Origin: Vitrella brassicaformis CCMP3155
Taxonomy: Eukaryota; Protista; Chromerida
Assembly (NCBI GenBank): GCA_001179505.1
Contig: CDMY01000303.1
Location: 64,460 to 128,459, forward strand
Direction: 5' to 3'
Length of the DNA: 64,000 nt
Part shown: piece by piece, positions 24,023-37,071 of the stretch
Layout of the letters: each line of letters begins with the position of its first letter
Position numbering within the stretch: position 1 is the first letter of the stretch
Made by a program: the position numbers and the translations under genes
The notes under the pieces: model-generated
Databases searched by the model: none
Told to the model about the DNA's origin: nothing
What the model saw: only the letters and a program-made list of their open reading frames with translations

Positions 24023-27000
24023 ATGAAGCCATCCCCTCTCTTCCTTGCCGTCTGTTGCCTGGTTGCCGTGCCCGCGCTGGCCCAGCGCGACACGCCTTTG
24101 GAAGGCGCCTCGTTCCTCGATGCGGCGGGCCCGGTGGGCGATGTGGCCGCCTTCACGAGCAACCTCGTCGCCACGACGACAAGTGCCCTGCCCACCTTCG
24201 GGGGGCTCATCACCTACGAACGCGCACGTACCAACGGAAGGAGACAAGCAGCCGAGCGTGTGACACACACAAGCTCCCCTCTGATTGTTGTGTCTTCGTG
24301 TTCATCTTTGGCGCAGAGTCGCTGCTTGATCAGTTCCCTCTCCGATGGGACTTGGACAGCCTCCTGACCAGTGCGATTGAGGCCGGCATTGACATTCCCA
24401 ATGCAGGGGCCGAGGGCCTGGAGGACCTGCTGCGCAGGGCCACCGTCATGGGCACGCCCTTGAGGCTGGAGATGCTCATGGAGCTACCCGACCTCCAGGG
24501 CTACGAGCCATCCGTCTATCCCAAACTTGAGGAGTTCCTGCAGCTTGGTCGGTGCCCCTGCACTCACTCATGGGACGCACCGTCAGCTCTTGCATGGTGT
24601 CTCTGCCTGTGCGATTGTGTGTGTCCATGCAGTGGTGGCCCATGCCCGTTCGGCGATCCGCCTTGGTAGCCATCCTGCGGACAAGGTGTGGTCATTCCTC
24701 GACTACGTGACGACCCGCGCTGCCGAGCTGGCGCGCCACCTGCCCCCGTACTTCTTCAAGGGGGGAAACATCGAGGAGCTGCTCAAATTCGACAGTGACA
24801 CCATCATCAAGGTAAGGTGCATGCCTTCCTCCCTGCGACCCACAGCCCAGCCTTTGTGTCTCCTTCTCTGTGTGTGTCCTTCTAGAATGCGCTTGAGATG
24901 CTGACTGGGATCCCCACCAGATTCCCGGGCGACATCGTGGACCTGTCCAAGCTGATCGAGGTGGACCTGGAGTGGCTGGGCCCCAAGGGCGCGATCCTCT
25001 ACAACCCCGCGAGCCTCACCAAGCTGCCCTATGGCAGCCTTGACGAACTCACCAAGCTCATCATGGTGAGTGAGCGTACACACACGCATCCACACGTCCA
25101 CACGGCTGGGCTGTATTGTGCTCCTTCCTTGGTAGAAAATGTTTCACACGCTGCGGCCCGTCGGGAAGGACGACCTGCAGAAGACCTTCCCCGCCCTCGG
25201 TGTGCACGCCGTCATCGAGGCGATGGAGATGTTCCTCAACGATTACATCCTGCCGGCCTACAAGACAGCCATCGGCCCGTGGACCAAGATCGCAGACGGA
25301 TTCACCGGCTACATCGACGCCTTCACCCACTTCATCGCAAGCATGACTGCCGAGGGTAGGTACTATCCTCCTTGCAACACTCACATCCATCAACTCAACC
25401 TGCACACAGACGGACGTCCCCCATGTCTGTGTCTCTCTGTCTCTCTGTCTCTGACTCACCCACCCACCCACGTGCAGGTGCCAAGGTGTTCCTGCAGCTG
25501 GGCGACGAGCTGCCAGGCAGGAGCGACCTGGTCGCGTACTTCGAGAAGGTCACCGCCTCCCTCTTCGCCGACGCCTCCAAGCTCATCCCCACCTGCGACC
25601 GCTTCCTGCCCAAGTCCTTCGAGTGGTCCCTCTGCGATCTCTTCTTCAGCCAGACATTCGGCCCCAAGGCCAGACGGCGCCTCATGTACGACCCTAGCAA
25701 GCCCCCTAGCAAGACCCGAGCCGGCGAGGTGACCATCATGCAGACGGGGATCGAGTCCGTCCCCACGCTCATCAGCGCAGCCATCCAGCCGATCTCCATT
25801 GGCCACGACCTGCTGAAGCCCCTGGCCGACATCTTCATGGGCGACAGCCACCACAAGAAGGTCGAGTACACCGACCTGGAGCTCGACACCTTCCTGAAGG
25901 AGGTCCTGGCGCCGTTCGTCCACATGATGCAGGAGCTCGCCGCCACCTTCCACAAGATCCTCGCGGCGGGCGGCTACTCATGCGGGAAGGCCGACTGCGA
26001 GACCGAGAAGCACGTCTTTGAGCACCTCATGAGCATCAATGTGGTTGAGGGGTTCAAGCTGCTCCAGCCAGCCGCCGGATACTCCACGAGTAAGAGAGTG
26101 CTGCCACACGAACCGATAGGTACCCATCTTCTCCTGATCCTTGGGTGCAGAGGTGGCATCCGATTTGTACCACTTCATGACCCGCCTGGCCAAGGAGGTG
26201 AGACACACACCATATGTCTTCCCTCTCCCCCAGCTGCCCCGCTCTCCTTTTCTGCATACTACGAGTGGGTATGTGGTTGTGTTGTGGTGTCTTGTGGTGT
26301 GTGTGTTGTGTGTGACTTCAGCTGTTTTACGAGGCCAAGTCGTACGCTGAGAGCTTCCCCAAGCTGCCAGTCCTGCCTCCCCCGCCCCCCAAGGTGCCCG
26401 TCCTGCAGCCGCTCGACGCACTCAAGCACCTCGACGACCTCGCTGCCCACATTGCGGTGCACACACAACAGGGAGGGAGCAGCCACATCGAGCACTGCCT
26501 ACATCGGTCCTCTTGTGTATGCACACGTAGGGCGAGCTGACGAAGCCGATTGGAGGCGGTGGGACTGTCCTGGCCGGCTTCTTCAAGACCGCCAATGGCA
26601 AGACTGTGGAGTATCTTGACATGTTTGTCAAGGAGCTCGTCAAGGCCTTCCAGCCCGTCAGCAAGCTCTTCAAGGGCGGATTTTACGAGATCGCATCCAT
26701 CAACTTCATCTCGCATGAGGGCGGCAAGAGTAAGACAGACACACAGCACCCCAACACTTCTGTCTGCAGCACGGCACAACCAGCAGCAGCAGAGACATGT
26801 ATGTATCTGCCGCTGTGTGTGTCTGTCTCATGGCGTTGCGTATGCAGTGCTGCGCGACTTCCGCCGGTACTTCGACCTTTCAGGCCCCATCGACGAGAAA
26901 TCTCGCGCCAGTTACCTGAGAGACGTGGCGGCGGCGATCATCAAGGACGCCCAGCTGCGCATCCCCACCATCGAGCATCTGGTGGACGGCTTCGACAAGG

Positions 27001-30000
27001 GGCTGTTCAAGCTCTTCCAGGACGCTCTCAAGGGCGGCTACGAGATCACTCCCTCTCTCCTCACCGGGCTGCCCAAGCCAGTCATGGACCTCCTGAGCCC
27101 TGATGAGTGGGGAAGCTTCCTCCAGCACATCCTGGCCCCCTTTTTAGAGCTGCTGCGGCTGGGCGGCGACAGGCACCACAAGGAGGCGGGGCCCGACCTC
27201 TCCAAGGTCTTCGACGACTACCTGCCCAAACTCGCGGTGAGTAGTGCGTCAGGTGGGGTGCAAAGGGTCGAGACGGTCGACAATGGTGGCACACCATGGG
27301 CCATGGTGTGTATGGGTGTGTCAGGTGGACGGCTACCACGTGCTGCTGGGCCAGCTGACTAAGACCTTCACCGCCATGCTGCCCGCGGCCATCTCGATGC
27401 CCCCGCTGCTCAAGGAGATCCAACAGCTCATCACCAACCTCGCCAAGGAGTGGCTCGCCATCGCCGAGCACTTCGTCGGGGCCTTCAGCAAGCTGCCCTT
27501 CCTCCCCCCGATGCTGCCCCACGTGCCGGACCTCCTCAACGTGGACGACTACTTCAAGGGCTTCCTTTCGCTCATTCCCCCGCCGCCCCCCGGGTTTCCC
27601 AAGGGCCTGCCCATCTACAACCCCTTCGAGGACCTCCTGGTCGTCCCCAGCAAGATCGCCGGCTGGCTGGTGGGCATCGGGGGCCAGATCCCCCTGCCGA
27701 CGATCCCCTTCCTGGACGTGCTGACCTATGGCGGGTCGATCGTGGCCCCCGACATCCCCTTCTTGAAGGAGTTCACCGAGATCCTGAGTGGCTTTGCGCA
27801 CAACGGTGCCGGGCTGCTGACAGGCAAGTGGCTGGCAGGGTTCAAGAAGTTCATGGCGGTGCCCGAGAAGATCATCAAATTCGCCATCGACTTCCTTGTC
27901 AAGGTCGCACACATGGTACGTCACCTTATGTTGGGAGGGTGGACGGGGGGATGGGATGGGTGGCCCCCTACCTGCAATCCGGTCTGGTTATTGCCGTTTC
28001 TCTCTCTCTCTCTCTCTCTGTTTTCTGCGTGTGATGGCAGGTGACGAGCCAGATGGCTCTGTTTGACCCACAGCAGTATCGCGGCTACATCGACATGGTC
28101 GCCACTTTCGCTTACGGCAATCTCAACAAAGTATGTCGCACTCGCTCACTCACTGCAATGCCCGAAAAGTTCCCACACGTCGCAAGGCGAACAGACAGCA
28201 TGCCTCCGTCATCTGCGTGCGCGTGTGTGTGTATGCAGCTGATTACGTATCTGACTGATCTGGGGCTGCCGGGTCTCGACAAGGCCACGGGAGACATCAG
28301 GGCCTTCATCGAGAACATCATCACACACACAAGTAGGTGGTGGGATGGATACCCGCTTTGCCCGCTCACGTGTGAACGCGTGTGTGTTTGTGTGTCTGTG
28401 TGTGCAGTTGAGGAGCCCGCCAACTACATCATGTCGATGACCAGGGAGCTGCTGGGCGCATTCCTTTACAGATTCGACGAGCTCGTCCACCCAGACTAGT
28501 AAGATCCCAATCCCCCACCCCCCCGGCGCACCCGACTCCCACAGGGATGTCCTCATGTCTCTCTCTCTCTCTCCGTCTCTCTCCCTGTGTGTGTGCAGCG
28601 ACGACTTTGAGAAACTGGTGAAGGATACGATTGACAAGACCACCGTCAGGGATTCAGACATCGACAAGGTCATCAAGGGCATGCTCGGCACCACCCCCTC
28701 TCTGTCACTCGACACCAAGGCCCTCACCGACCTCCGCCAGGAGGTCACCGCATTCTTCGAGACAATCGTCACACAGCGCGGCAAAATGGGAGCCGCCTTC
28801 AACACCAAGCGACAAAGGCGACTGCAGGTGGCCAGGGCAGTCGCTGTCTCAACCAATGCCCTCAGTGCTCTCAGCGGACTCACGGTAAGGGAGCCAGCCA
28901 GGCAGGCAGGCCAGCAGGCCAGCAGGCCAGCAGCCACAATCTGTGCGTTTGTCCATGTGCGTCTGTGTCAGGACGACTACCTCATTCGCCGCGCGTCAAC
29001 GGCACTGCAATCCACGATGTTCAGCCTGGCCGAGCCCCTCATGTGGGGATTTGACCGAGCCATCGCTCAGACACCACTCGGCGCCCTGGCCAACGTCGCC
29101 TTGGCCACACCACTGCCAGGATTGGTCGCCACAGGCCTCACACCCTTCACAGGATTGGGCGCCCCCCTCACGGCGGCACAGAAGGGCGCTGAAGCGGCGC
29201 TCCACTTGTTCGGCGAGGCGGCAGCGCTCTTCAGCCCCCTCCCAAAGGGGTACCCACACCTGCTGTCGGGCATCACGGAAGCGGCCACGTCCATCTTCGA
29301 TCCCACCTCTCTCCTGCCAATGCTGTCGCAAACCACAATGATTGACGAGCTGCTCGGCGGCATGGGCCTGCAAGCCGGCGCGTCCATCCTCAAGTCTCTC
29401 ACATCGGGCATCCCCACCCTCCCCCTGAGCATCGCCAACATCCCTCTGCTCGGGGGTGCGGGCGGCCTGGGCGGCCTGCTGGAGCTGCCGGCGTCCTTCG
29501 CCAAGACGGCCACGTCCCTGCTCGACGCCGTGACGCCGGTGGAGATGGTGGCCCTCGTGCAGATGTTCCTGAAGCCCTCGTCGTTCACGGGGCACGGGCT
29601 GGCGCATACGGTTGGCGGGCTGCTGGGTGACCTCCCCAAGAGGCTGGACGACCTCGGCTGGCAGGGGGACAAGAAGACCCTCGGCGACAGGATCGACAGA
29701 TTCGTGTCCATCGTTGCCGGGAGGAAGGAGACGGTATTAATGATCGATGCACGGGCGGACAGATGTGTGTGTCATGACATGTGTGGCGGGGGAACTGTTT
29801 GTTGTGTTGTGTGCAGTACGACAAGGAGCACAAGAATGAGCCTGCCAAGGTGCACGCCTTCGGCGACTGGATGTTCCTCCGCACGCTGGTCGAAGCCAAC
29901 CGCATGGCGCTGTACCTCATCGCCAATCCCGATGTCGCCATCAAGACAATCGACGAGTACTTCACACAAACGGTGCGGACCGATGCATATGGGATACAAT

Positions 30001-30237
30001 GGCAGGCAAAATCGGAGACAGACAGACAGACAGATACTTGTTGCGTACGTGCGTGTGTATGTGCAGGCTGACTCGCTGTTTAAGGAAGGCGTGCACTTCA
30101 TGGACAGCTGGTCGAGCCCCTTCTTCAGCGGCAACAGGCTCTTCTACGAGAGCATCGACTGGGGGAAGATAATCTCCCTCCCAGGCGGAATCGAAAACAT
30201 CGCCGAGGCCGGCGCGCGGCTCGGCCTCTTCAAGTGA
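24023..30237 (+). CDS. Large secreted helical protein of unknown function (about 18 exons, roughly 1,500 aa by manual estimate)
   Basis: Signal peptide MKPSPLFLAVCCLVAVPALA. Continuous GT-AG exon chain with strong GC3 bias; splice phases checked at several junctions. TGA at 30235-30237. Confidence 0.85.
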
Positions 30238-31315
30238 TCCTCTCCATCCATCCTCCCATCCATCGATTCTCGTCCCTTGTTTGGTCAATCCGTGAGTGAG
30301 TGAGTGAATACATGTGTGTGTGCATGTGTGCGTGAGGCACATAACAAACACCACACCCTGTAACCATAGGCTCTATCTTTTTGGGCCAGTCACGTCACGT
30401 CACTCATCAAATCATGCATGCCCTCTTTTCTTTCAGCCCGCCCGCCCACCTGCTGGCTGCCCGCCCGAGCCCCCGTCTGGCTGGCTGGCTGGCTGGCTGT
30501 CTGTCTGGCTGTCTGGCTGTCTGCCTGTCTGCTAATTCGCCATCGATACAGCTAGGCATCTTGTGCGTTCTGTCGGTCGGTATCTATGCAGGTGTGGCTG
30601 ATGGCTGGACGGATGGATGGATGTACCACCTGTGCGCCTGTGCCTTCCTGGTGTTCCGTGAGGGTTTTCAAGCGCTGGCTGACTGACTGACTGCCTTGCT
30701 GGCTTCATTCGTCTGCAAGTATACATGCGCCAGCCGATATGTGTGTGACAGTGTGTCTGTCTGTCTGTCTGCATGACGATATATGTCGATGAGTGCATCC
30801 GTGGACAAGGTGGGTGGGCGAGAGGGCGTGTGGAGGGGAGGGGAGAGGAGGGGTGGCTTGAGGCAGTTCACGAGGTGGGTGGATGGGCGGAGTGGGCCGC
30901 CTCTCACAAAGATATGTCAGGCACACATGCCGAAAAGGACCATGATGGGCCGTCGAATAAGACATTGACCCGTCGCCGAATTGAATCGCAAACACGTTTG
31001 ACTGAGAGGGGCGGAGAAGCACGTTTCAGATGAGAAAACTGAGCTCTATGCAGCTCACATCCTTTCACCTGCACTTGGCCAAGATAAGAACGGGAACCCT
31101 CTTCTCGGCTCGCATCCGCAAAAGGTGAGCAGAGAAAACGAAGAGAAGGCCTGCATCCATCCATCCAGCACATCCAGCGCCCATCGCTCTTTCCGTGCTG
31201 TCCATCTGTCAGCTAGCTCCCTTGACGACGAGTGAGTGCTCCCTGTCGTGAAGTGATTTGACGAAAGTACCGTACCTGGTTGAGTTCATCGTTGCCCGCA
31301 CTATCGTATCGGCTC

Positions 31316-32734
31316 ATGGCGGACGTCGACGCACCCCCGGCTGGTGAGCGGGCGGCCTCCGGGGCACACACACGACCTTCTCAGGCAGAGAGAGAGGCCG
31401 GGGAGGGCGGAGGGTAGTCGAGGAGTCGCAGGAAGGCCGCATCAGTGCGTGTGCGTGAGAGACATGGGGTATGGCGACGTACGAAGGTGCTCTCTGCGTG
31501 GGTGTGTGCGTTTTCAGATGTTGCTGATGCCGGCGCTGCCCCGAAGGCGAAAGTACGCAGCACCACAGCACTACACAGCACCCCTCCATGGCCATGCACA
31601 CCACACCACACACCACCACATAGAGGGAGATCCAGACGACGACCGTCCTGTGCTCCACCCTTCCCTTGTGTTGGTCTTGTGACTTGTGTCGTGTGTGGTG
31701 CCTTCAGGCCAAGGGGAAGGGCAAGGCCAAGTCCGGTGGTGGCAAGGCGCGTGCTGCCCCGAAGCACCCTTCGTTTGAGGAGATGATCAAGGAGGCCATC
31801 GGCACACTCAAGGACCGGTCAGGCAGCAGCCTGTTCGCCATCAAGAAGTTCATCCAGGCCAACTACTCCCTCGACGTCGAGGACGCACGCACCAAGCACC
31901 ACATCAGCCGCGCACTCAAGAAAATGAGCGAAGCCAAGAAACTCATCACGGTAAGAAACTTACACACACATGCACACATGCACACACAGGGGGAGGGCAG
32001 GTGATATGGTGTGGTGTGGTGGGATGGTGTTGTGTGGTGGGTGCATCTCGACTCGACGTGTGGCCTTCGTGTGTTGGTGTGTTGTTTGTGTGCAGATCAA
32101 GGCGTCGTACAAGTTGAACATGAACGTGGTTGGCGCTGCCAAGAAGGCCGCACCCAAGAAACCCAAGGCCGCCGCTGAGGGTACGCACGCACGCCACACA
32201 AACCACACACCACAACCCACCACACCACACCACAGACACGGACGCCGCCACCTCAATCACCCCACACATCCCTCTCTCTCTCTGCGTGTGTGTGTGTATC
32301 AGACACTGGAGTTGAGGCTGCCCCTGCTCCCAAGGCCAAGGCGAAGGCTGTCAAGAAGACCCGCGCTGCGGCCAAACCCAAGACGGCTGCCGCCAAACCC
32401 AAGGCCAAGGCGGTACGGACGCACATGGACACACGCACATCCTCCACACCATTCCGCAGGCAGGGGCCTGCCTTTAAATGCACATGTTATGTTGTCCTGT
32501 TTTGTGTTTTGTGTGATGCGCAGAGCGTTCGCAAGCCCATCACCAAGAAGCCCAAGGCGGCGGCCAAGGGCAAGGCCAAAGCCAAGGCCAAAGGTGCGCC
32601 CCCACCCAACACACCCCCCGACTTACTCCCTCTCTGTACACACGTGTTTGTGTGGTGTGTTTGTTTATTTCTTTCTTGTGACTGCAGGCAAGGCCAAGGC
32701 TAAGGCTAAGGCTAAGGCCAAGGCGGCTGCCTGA
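31316..32734 (+). CDS. H1: Linker histone H1 with winged-helix globular domain and K/A-rich tail (7 exons)
   Basis: [57 protein letters not shown] matches the H15 domain. Tail [23 protein letters not shown]. Confidence 0.92.
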
Positions 32735-34823
32735 ACCACCCCACCACCATACCACCACCATGCCACCATGACACCATGCCCAATACAGAAAGATGCCTGC
32801 GTGATGGACTGACTGACTGACACAAGTGATCGAGCCCGCCTCTTTCTCTCCCTCTTCCCCACCCATGTATCCCATGCCACCTCACCCCATTCGCCCAGCT
32901 CAGCCCTGCACGCACGTCCACGTCGCACGACTCAGGCAGCCCAGGCCCTTGTGTGTGTATGTGTGTGTGGTGTGTGTGTGTGTGTGTATTGTTTATATAT
33001 ACTCACGGGCAATACTGGCTGATAGACTCACTGCGTTGTGTTGTGTTGTTGGGTTGTGTTGGGGATTGTACATTCTGTTCCCCCCCCCCCAATCTCTGTC
33101 TGTATCTCTCTCTCTCTATCTGTCTGTCTGTCTGTCTCTGTATGGTCTCGGCCGTGCTGTGTGTGGGGCGTGGCGTGTGTTGTGGCTGGGGGGCGGGGCG
33201 GATGGGGTCGGGGCGGAAAGAGAGAGAGAGAGGCAACACCGAGACAATCACTCACACCACCTCAGCATCCGTAGCCAGATGACGACTCTCTGACTGTGAC
33301 TCTGACACTGACGTGATTGACCGAAAGACGGGGAGCAGCAAAGGGAGACAATACACAACACACACACGACACATCGACTGACGGACAGACAATCGGACAT
33401 CGGCACCCTCTTTTTCGCTAGGTGCAACTGACACGAGTGAGCAGACTGCATGGCAGCCAGACGGGGAAGGAGGGAGGTGCGAAGGGGGAGGGGCGGGGCG
33501 GTGCGGGCTGGGGGGGAATGTGGTGGGGGACACCAAAGAAGGAAAGAAGGAACCGGCGTGTGCTGTTTTTCTCTCCCTCATCCGCTGGTCGATGCATGCC
33601 CCCATGCATCGCTCGGCGGACTCACCGGTCGCCCGACGTGCGTTATGAGCCCTCTCCCTCCCTCTCTACTCGCCTGTGGCCTTTCTCTCTTTTTCCTTCC
33701 CCCTCTCTCTTGGCCTGGCTTGGCTTGAACTGTCTGCGTGTCGGTTTGCATGGCGCTAGCGATCGACGAACAACCCTCTGGCTTCACTGGAAGCCACCGC
33801 GTGACACCTGCCTGCCTGCCTTGGTGCCTTGGTGCGTGGACACGGACAGTGATTGGATGGTTTTGACAGACAGTGCTGATGCGGTGCGGTGCGGTGCGTT
33901 TATCCATCCATTTTGATTTCGTTGTTCCTTTATTTCTTTCTCTGTCTGTCTGTGTGTGTGCATAGGCGTGGGTGTATCTGGTGGATGGACGGATGGATGG
34001 ATGGATGGTCTTTTTGCCCACACGGCCTGCCTCAAGTCAGGCGCTCGCTTGTACACTCGTTATGCCATGCGCCATGCTGCTGTGGTGACAAAGTGTGCGG
34101 TTGTGTGCATACGTACGTCCGGCGTGCTGACACACCCACAAACACAGACAGTACAGTACAGTACAATACAGAACAGTGCCGCACATCACACTGTCCCTTA
34201 GAATTGCCTTGCCTGTCTGGCCGCTCGCTCTTCCCCTTGTGTGCGCTGCGCACGCCTACGCTGTCTTTTTCTCGCGCTCATGGATGGATGTGTTCGCGCT
34301 TCCGTCTTTCCCTTTCCCCTGTCTGTCCGTCCGTCCGTCTGGCTCACTCCCTCACCTTCTGACGCTTTGCCGACTGACTGACTAGCGAGAGGGTGGATGG
34401 AAGGGTGACTGACTTGTGCAGTGCAGCAGTAAGTGGGGGCGGGCGTGTACGCTATGCGTGGGTGTAAGTAAGAGGGAGGGAGGGAACCCTTTGGTTGGAT
34501 GGATGGATGGACCGTGTGTGCGTTGGAACAACTGACTGGCGAATTGACGGATTGATTGACGAGTCGAGCAGAAGCAGAGGTTGCTCACGTAAGCACGCGC
34601 AAAAATCTGTTTATTCGTCATCTCACACGCACATGATCTCTCCGTCGCCTCGCGCAGCGGCACCGCACCCACTTCATTTACACACACTGCAGACAAGACA
34701 CTTCAGGCAGGCCTCTCTCCCCCACCCACCACCCACAGGCACGCAGGCAGACTTACAGACAAACCCTCCCTCTTATCTAGCATCAGCAGGCCCGCTCGAG
34801 CATCCAGCCCACGGCACCGCACC

Positions 34824-35771
34824 TCAGAACACGCCCTGTGTGTCATCCATCCCATGCATCCACACACACAACCACACACAGTTCATTCAGCCGTATCGGT
34901 GGTCCGAGAGTCAGCATATATATGGCTGTGTGTTGTGTGGGGCTGGCTCACCTGTCCGTCCCCAAATGGCGAGATGTGGCCAGAGAGGAGCTGCTCGAGG
35001 GTGGCCTGGCCTGTCAGGAACTGCTGGATCAACATGCCGGCCGTCGCAACCATCGCCAGACGACCGTTCTTCAACTCGCGAAGCTGCATCTGATGGATGG
35101 ACCAAACGACGAAGAACCACCCACCGACACAGACCAGACAGACACACAGAGGGGAGAGCGTGTGACGAGAACAGTCCTCTGCCGCCTTGGTGTGGCTGCC
35201 AGGTGAGTGAGTAGTGAGTCCCCTGACCTACCTTTTCGAAGGCCTCCGGGTTGCTGGCCAGTCCCAGCTTCTGCTGCAGGTTCAGCGGGTCAAACCCCAG
35301 ATCCCCCGGGGCGGCCGAGTCGGCCCTGTTGAGCGCCGCCACCTCGATGGCGCCGATCGCCAGAAGCAGCTGAATGATAGCCCCCGGCCGCTCGTTGGCC
35401 ACCTTGACGAGCGCTGGGATGCCCTTGGTCTCGGAGAAGACGCCACTGGGGTCAGGCAGCTGCACCACCTCCTGAGTGGTGAGGCCCAGGGCGGCGAGCA
35501 TGCAGATGCGGCCGTGCTTGAGCTCCGCAGCACGGTACCATGACAGGGTCTCTGGTTCGAGGTCGCCCGCTGCCAGCTTCCAAGGGTCAAAGTTGGGAGC
35601 TTCAATGTCGGATCCCACCAAGCCGCCCGGTGGACCCTCGGCCTGTAGGCGAGAGGGGGACAGGGATTGCCGGAGGGATCCCCTGACGCTGCTGCCGCTG
35701 GCTGGTGGGGATGGAACGAAGGCGTGAGCCACGACCGCAAGAAGAGCCAAGATGACCGCTACTGCCTTCAT
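34824..35771 (-). CDS. Light-harvesting complex protein, red-lineage (Lhcr-like), bipartite plastid targeting
   Basis: Signal peptide with AHA-FVP cleavage motif; WYRAAELKHGRICMLA, PGDLGFDPL and ELKNGRLAM. A 12-nt last exon (34824-34835) gives ..GHISPFGDGQ-GVF*. Confidence 0.95.
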
Positions 35772-36079
35772 CTTCCAGACCGGGGGGCTGGCTATAGATA
35801 GGTGCTAGGTGACAAGTGCTTCCCTGCTGCTGCTTCTGTGACCTCGCCAACAGATCTGCCACAGTTTTCCGAGGCCGTAAATGGAAGCAAACCCTGCGCC
35901 CTAAACCCTGACGACCATTCCTTCTTTAACGCAGCAAGTGCCGCCTTGCAGCAGACGTCGGATCCGTATGTCGATGCCAAGGGAGGAACGGCGTCTATGC
36001 TAGAGAGTGTGCTCGGACGGAGGAGATAGATCGTGTGGCTGCTGCCACGTGGCGTCAAGTGCGGTCAAGTGGGCGGGTG

Positions 36080-36771
36080 CGGCGCGGCCTCCCAGCAGGT
36101 CTACAAGGTCCCCACTCACCAGTGGCGCGCCACACCCTTCTGGCCCCCAACCGCACTCATCGCCAAGCACGGCCACCCACACCACGGCCAACCGTCGTCC
36201 CGCCTCCACTTCAGCTGGAACGGCGCCACCACCGTGAGGTTCTGGCGCGTCATGGTGGCCAAGAAACGGGCCCAGAGTGCGTGGCGCAAGTTCTGGGAGG
36301 GCCCGAAACACCAGTTTGAGCAGTGGGTGGATGTGCCGGAGACAAGCGGGGCGTGCGCGTTTTACCGGGTGGAAGCGCTTGACGGCAAGAGGCGGGTGCT
36401 GGGGGTGTCGAAGCAAGTGGCCACGGAGGGGTGCCGGAAGTGAATGGACGGACAACTAACTGTGGGTAGGTGGGTCGGTGGAGTGGGGGTTGGTGTGATG
36501 TGAGCGTCGCCACTCAGTCACGAAGTCGGGGTGTCGATAGATAGATGTGATGATAGTGGTGCCTGCCTGCCTGCCTGCCTGAATACGTGTGTGTGCGCTG
36601 ATGCGTGTGGATGGACGGACGGTAGATCAGATAGAGTGGCTGTTGAACGAACTGTCTTTCTCTTTATGGGTGGATGATGCCTGGGTGGCTGGGCTGCCCA
36701 GCCAGCCATTTCGATCCTCATTGGCCTACGGGGCACTCACTCATACCATTTGTAAGTGTGCATCTGTCTGT
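36080..36771 (+). repeat. Near-identical copy of 38768-39459 (3' part of the ASST last exon plus downstream DNA)
   Basis: 692-bp direct repeat offset by 2688 bp; at least one mismatch (36101 C vs 38789 G, synonymous). Starts mid-exon and ends at the gap. Confidence 0.9.
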
Positions 36772-37071
36772 NNNNNNNNNNNNNNNNNNNNNNNNNNNNN
36801 NNNNNNNNNNNNNNNNNNNNNNNNNNNNNNNNNNNNNNNNNNNNNNNNNNNNNNNNNNNNNNNNNNNNNNNNNNNNNNNNNNNNNNNNNNNNNNNNNNNN
36901 NNNNNNNNNNNNNNNNNNNNNNNNNNNNNNNNNNNNNNNNNNNNNNNNNNNNNNNNNNNNNNNNNNNNNNNNNNNNNNNNNNNNNNNNNNNNNNNNNNNN
37001 NNNNNNNNNNNNNNNNNNNNNNNNNNNNNNNNNNNNNNNNNNNNNNNNNNNNNNNNNNNNNNNNNNNNNNN
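36772..37071. other. Assembly gap (300 N)
   Basis: N run; the 5' end of the ASST gene is missing here. Confidence 1.

Noticed and set aside
32740-34820. Many 60-160-aa ORFs between H1 and the LHC
   Set aside because: They arise from (GT)n/(TGTC)n/(GATG)n repeats (CVCV, TDRQ, MDGW); UTR or intergenic DNA.
35889-35911. Telomere-like AAACCCT/CCCTAAA words
   Set aside because: Only two degenerate units; compatible with chance.
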